64,000 nt of DNA from an uncultured virus (IMG/VR IMGVR_UViG_3300020577_001549) (taxonomy: Duplodnaviria > Heunggongvirae > Uroviricota > Caudoviricetes): the IMG/VR virus record IMGVR_UViG_3300020577_001549, one strand, 5' to 3'. Made by a program: the position numbers and the translations under genes. The notes under the pieces are model-generated. The model was not told the origin of the DNA, ran no database searches, and saw only the letters and a list, made by a program, of their open reading frames with translations. Positions 61,562 through 64,000 of the stretch are shown piece after piece (position 1 is the first letter of the stretch; every line of letters starts with the position of its first letter).

Positions 61562-63679
61562 ATGCCACTGAAAAAACTCACCCTTAAAGCCGGTGTCAAC
61601 CGGGAAAACACACGCTACGCCAACGAAAACGGTTGGTACGAAAGCGAAAAAGTCCGATTTCGTCAGGGCACGCCTGAAAAGATTGGCGGGTGGAGCCGCA
61701 TCTCGGCCAACACATACCTTGGTGTGTGCCGCTCGTTGTGGAACTGGGTGACGTTGACTGGGTCCAACCTGCTGGGTGTGGGCACCAACACAAAGTTCTA
61801 CATCGAGGGCGGTGGCCCGTATGTGGACATCACGCCCATTCGTCGCACGGCTGCACTGAGCAACCCATTTGTGGCTACGGCATCAAGCGCCACCATCACC
61901 GTGACCGACGCGGGCCATGGCTGCATTTCTGGGGACTACGTCACCTTCACAGGGGCCGTAGGGCTGGGAGGCAACATCACCGCCGCCGTGCTGAATCAGG
62001 AATACCAGATCACGGTCACAGGGGTAAATACCTATACGTTCACCGCCACGGCCACCGCCAACGGGTCCGACACCGGGAACGGCGGCACCGGGGTGATCGC
62101 CCAATACCAGATCAACATTGGGTCTGTCGCGGCGACACCTACTTTGGGCTGGGGTGTGGGCACATGGGGGTCGGGAACGTGGGGGTACGGCTCGACCGCC
62201 GTGGACTCTTTGCGCCTGTGGACACAGACCAACTTTGGTGAAGACCTGATCTTTGCCCCTGTCGGCGGGGCCATCTACTACTGGGACGCCTCGATTGGGA
62301 CGTCCGCTCCAACCTTCACCGTGACCATCGCCGTCCCCGGCGTGATCACCACCGCGGTGTCTTTGGCCGACGGCACGGCTATCTCGTTGACCACCACCGG
62401 GGCGCTGCCTACCGGCCTGTCCGTGGGCACCATCTATTACGTGGTCAGTTCAAGCGGCACCAGCTTCTCGCTTGCAGCCACTTCGGGCGGCGCAGCCATC
62501 ACCACCAGCGGCACGCAGTCGGGCACGCACACCATCTCCACACGCGGTATTCCGGTGACCAGCATGAGCGGCGCATCCTCGGTCCCCACAGTCCAGAACG
62601 CCATCTTTGTGTCCGACACCAGCCGTTTTGTGTTCGCACTGGGCTGCAACGACTACGGCTCAACGACGCAAAACCCCATGCTGTTGCGCTGGTCGGATCA
62701 GGAGTCGGTGACGGAGTGGGCACCGGCAGCCACCAATCAGGCGGGCAGTTTGCTGTTCTCCCACGGCTCCAAGCTTGTCACGGCCATCCAAACCCGGCAG
62801 GAAATCGTGGTGTTCACCGACTCGTCGCTGTATTCCCTGCAATACCTCGGCGCACCCGCCGTCTGGGGCTCCCAGCTGCTCGGTGACAACATCTCGATCG
62901 CTGGCCTCAACGCGGCTGCTGTGGCGTCCGGTACTGTGTATTGGATGGGCGTGGACAAGTTCTACAAGTACGATGGCCGCGTTCAAACGCTGCGCTGTGA
63001 CCTGCGCCAGTACGTCTATGGCGACATCAACCTTGCGCAGTCCGAGCTGTTCTTTGCCAGCACCAACGAAGGCTTCAACGAAGTCTGGTTCTTCTATTGC
63101 AGCGCAAGCTCCAACGAGATCGACCGGTACGTGATCTTCAACTACGCCGAAAACAACGGCGAAGGCGTCTGGTACTACGGCAACATGGTCCGCACAGCGT
63201 GGCTCGACTCTGGCCTACGGGATTACCCTATGGCAGCCACTCTCGCGCAGAACATCGTGTACCACGAGCTTGGGCTGGACGACAACACCACCGGCACCGC
63301 GCAGCCCATCTACGCGCTGATCAGCTCCTCGGAGTTCGACATTGACGACGGAGACAAGTTCGGCTTCGTCTGGCGCATGCTGCCGGATGTGACATTCCGC
63401 GGGTCTTCAGCCCCCAGCCCCACGGGCACGCTGACGCTGATCCCCATGCAGAGCTCAGGCTCGGGGTACAACAACCCAACCTCGGTGGCAGGCAGCGACG
63501 CGGCCACGGTCACGCGCACGGCCACAGTGCCAATTGAGCAGTTCACCGGTCAGGTGTACGTGCGGGTGCGCGGGCGTCAGATGACCATCCAGTTTGAGTC
63601 GAACCAGCTGGGCTGTACGTGGCAGCTGGGCTACCCTCGAATCGACATCCGGCCCGACGGCCGCAGGGGCAACACATGA
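61562..63679 (+). CDS. Tail tubular B / DNA-stabilisation (nozzle)-like protein
   Basis: 705 aa, beta-propeller-like (LLRWSDQE, VYWMG, EVWFFY); RGRQ...G-PRIDI C-terminus. Confidence 0.7.
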   Translation: MPLKKLTLKAGVNRENTRYANENGWYESEKVRFRQGTPEKIGGWSRISANTYLGVCRSLWNWVTLTGSNLLGVGTNTKFYIEGGGPYVDITPIRRTAALSNPFVATASSATITVTDAGHGCISGDYVTFTGAVGLGGNITAAVLNQEYQITVTGVNTYTFTATATANGSDTGNGGTGVIAQYQINIGSVAATPTLGWGVGTWGSGTWGYGSTAVDSLRLWTQTNFGEDLIFAPVGGAIYYWDASIGTSAPTFTVTIAVPGVITTAVSLADGTAISLTTTGALPTGLSVGTIYYVVSSSGTSFSLAATSGGAAITTSGTQSGTHTISTRGIPVTSMSGASSVPTVQNAIFVSDTSRFVFALGCNDYGSTTQNPMLLRWSDQESVTEWAPAATNQAGSLLFSHGSKLVTAIQTRQEIVVFTDSSLYSLQYLGAPAVWGSQLLGDNISIAGLNAAAVASGTVYWMGVDKFYKYDGRVQTLRCDLRQYVYGDINLAQSELFFASTNEGFNEVWFFYCSASSNEIDRYVIFNYAENNGEGVWYYGNMVRTAWLDSGLRDYPMAATLAQNIVYHELGLDDNTTGTAQPIYALISSSEFDIDDGDKFGFVWRMLPDVTFRGSSAPSPTGTLTLIPMQSSGSGYNNPTSVAGSDAATVTRTATVPIEQFTGQVYVRVRGRQMTIQFESNQLGCTWQLGYPRIDIRPDGRRGNT

Positions 63680-64000
63680 CCCGCGTTGTCACATCAGAAA
63701 AAGCGCTCAGCCAAGTCACACCCCCCAACCTGCCGTTGGCACCGGAGGTGTACACACCGCGGTATCTGAACCAGCTCAACAACGTGCTGCGGCTGTACTT
63801 CACCCAGCTCAACAAGATCATTGGCCAGCTCAAAGCTGAGCCGAACTACACGGTGGCCACACTTCCCAGCGCCGTGACCATGGGCGTAGGCTCCCGGCTG
63901 TTTGTGACGGACGCCAGCGGCCCCACGTTTGGCGCGACTGTTGCCGGTGGTGGCGCGGTCGGTGTTCCGGTATATTCAGACGGAACAAATTGGAAGGTTG
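63676..64000 (+). CDS. Tail-associated protein (3' truncated)
   Basis: ATGA overlap; PNLPLAP-Y, LRLYF, YTVATLPSA, VPVYSDGTNW. Confidence 0.7.
   Translation, partial: MTRVVTSEKALSQVTPPNLPLAPEVYTPRYLNQLNNVLRLYFTQLNKIIGQLKAEPNYTVATLPSAVTMGVGSRLFVTDASGPTFGATVAGGGAVGVPVYSDGTNWKV

Noticed and set aside
1..64000. Diversity-generating retroelement, retron, integrase, tRNA, intron/intein or alternative genetic code
   Set aside because: No YxDD reverse transcriptase, TR/VR pair, recombinase motifs or cloverleaf seen. TerL, PolA and MCP are uninterrupted, and standard-code ORFs tile the sequence.

Overview
The window is most of the genome of a GC-rich tailed dsDNA bacteriophage, probably circularly permuted, with a podovirus-like gene set and no tape-measure, sheath or baseplate genes recognised. 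It has three blocks. (1) Positions 1-10.4 kb (+ strand) encode internal virion/ejection proteins, including a 1917-aa polyvalent protein. (2) Positions 10.4-41 kb (- strand) hold the replication genes (primase-helicase, SSB-like protein, SNF2 helicase, Cas4-like nuclease, family A DNA polymerase, VRR-NUC) and a long accessory/early region (MoxR-type AAA ATPase, vWA/metallopeptidase, many small paralogous ORFs). (3) Positions 41.3-64 kb (+ strand) hold terminase, portal, a GroES-like protein, scaffold, major capsid, small basic proteins, tail and lysis genes. No integrase, tRNA, CRISPR array or reverse transcriptase was seen. The most notable unexplained signals are: about 18 copies of an AT-rich palindrome TTTTAA-NN-TTAAAA, almost all at gene junctions of the early region; a roughly 500-nt hairpin-rich leader behind a near-consensus early promoter; an apparently overprinted gene inside the giant ejection protein; a recurring hydrophobic-x-x-G-G motif in virion proteins; a split antisense copy of the capsid gene end that differs only at wobble positions; and a double-pseudoknot-like leader after the capsid gene. 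All product calls come from motif recognition by eye and gene context, not database searches.
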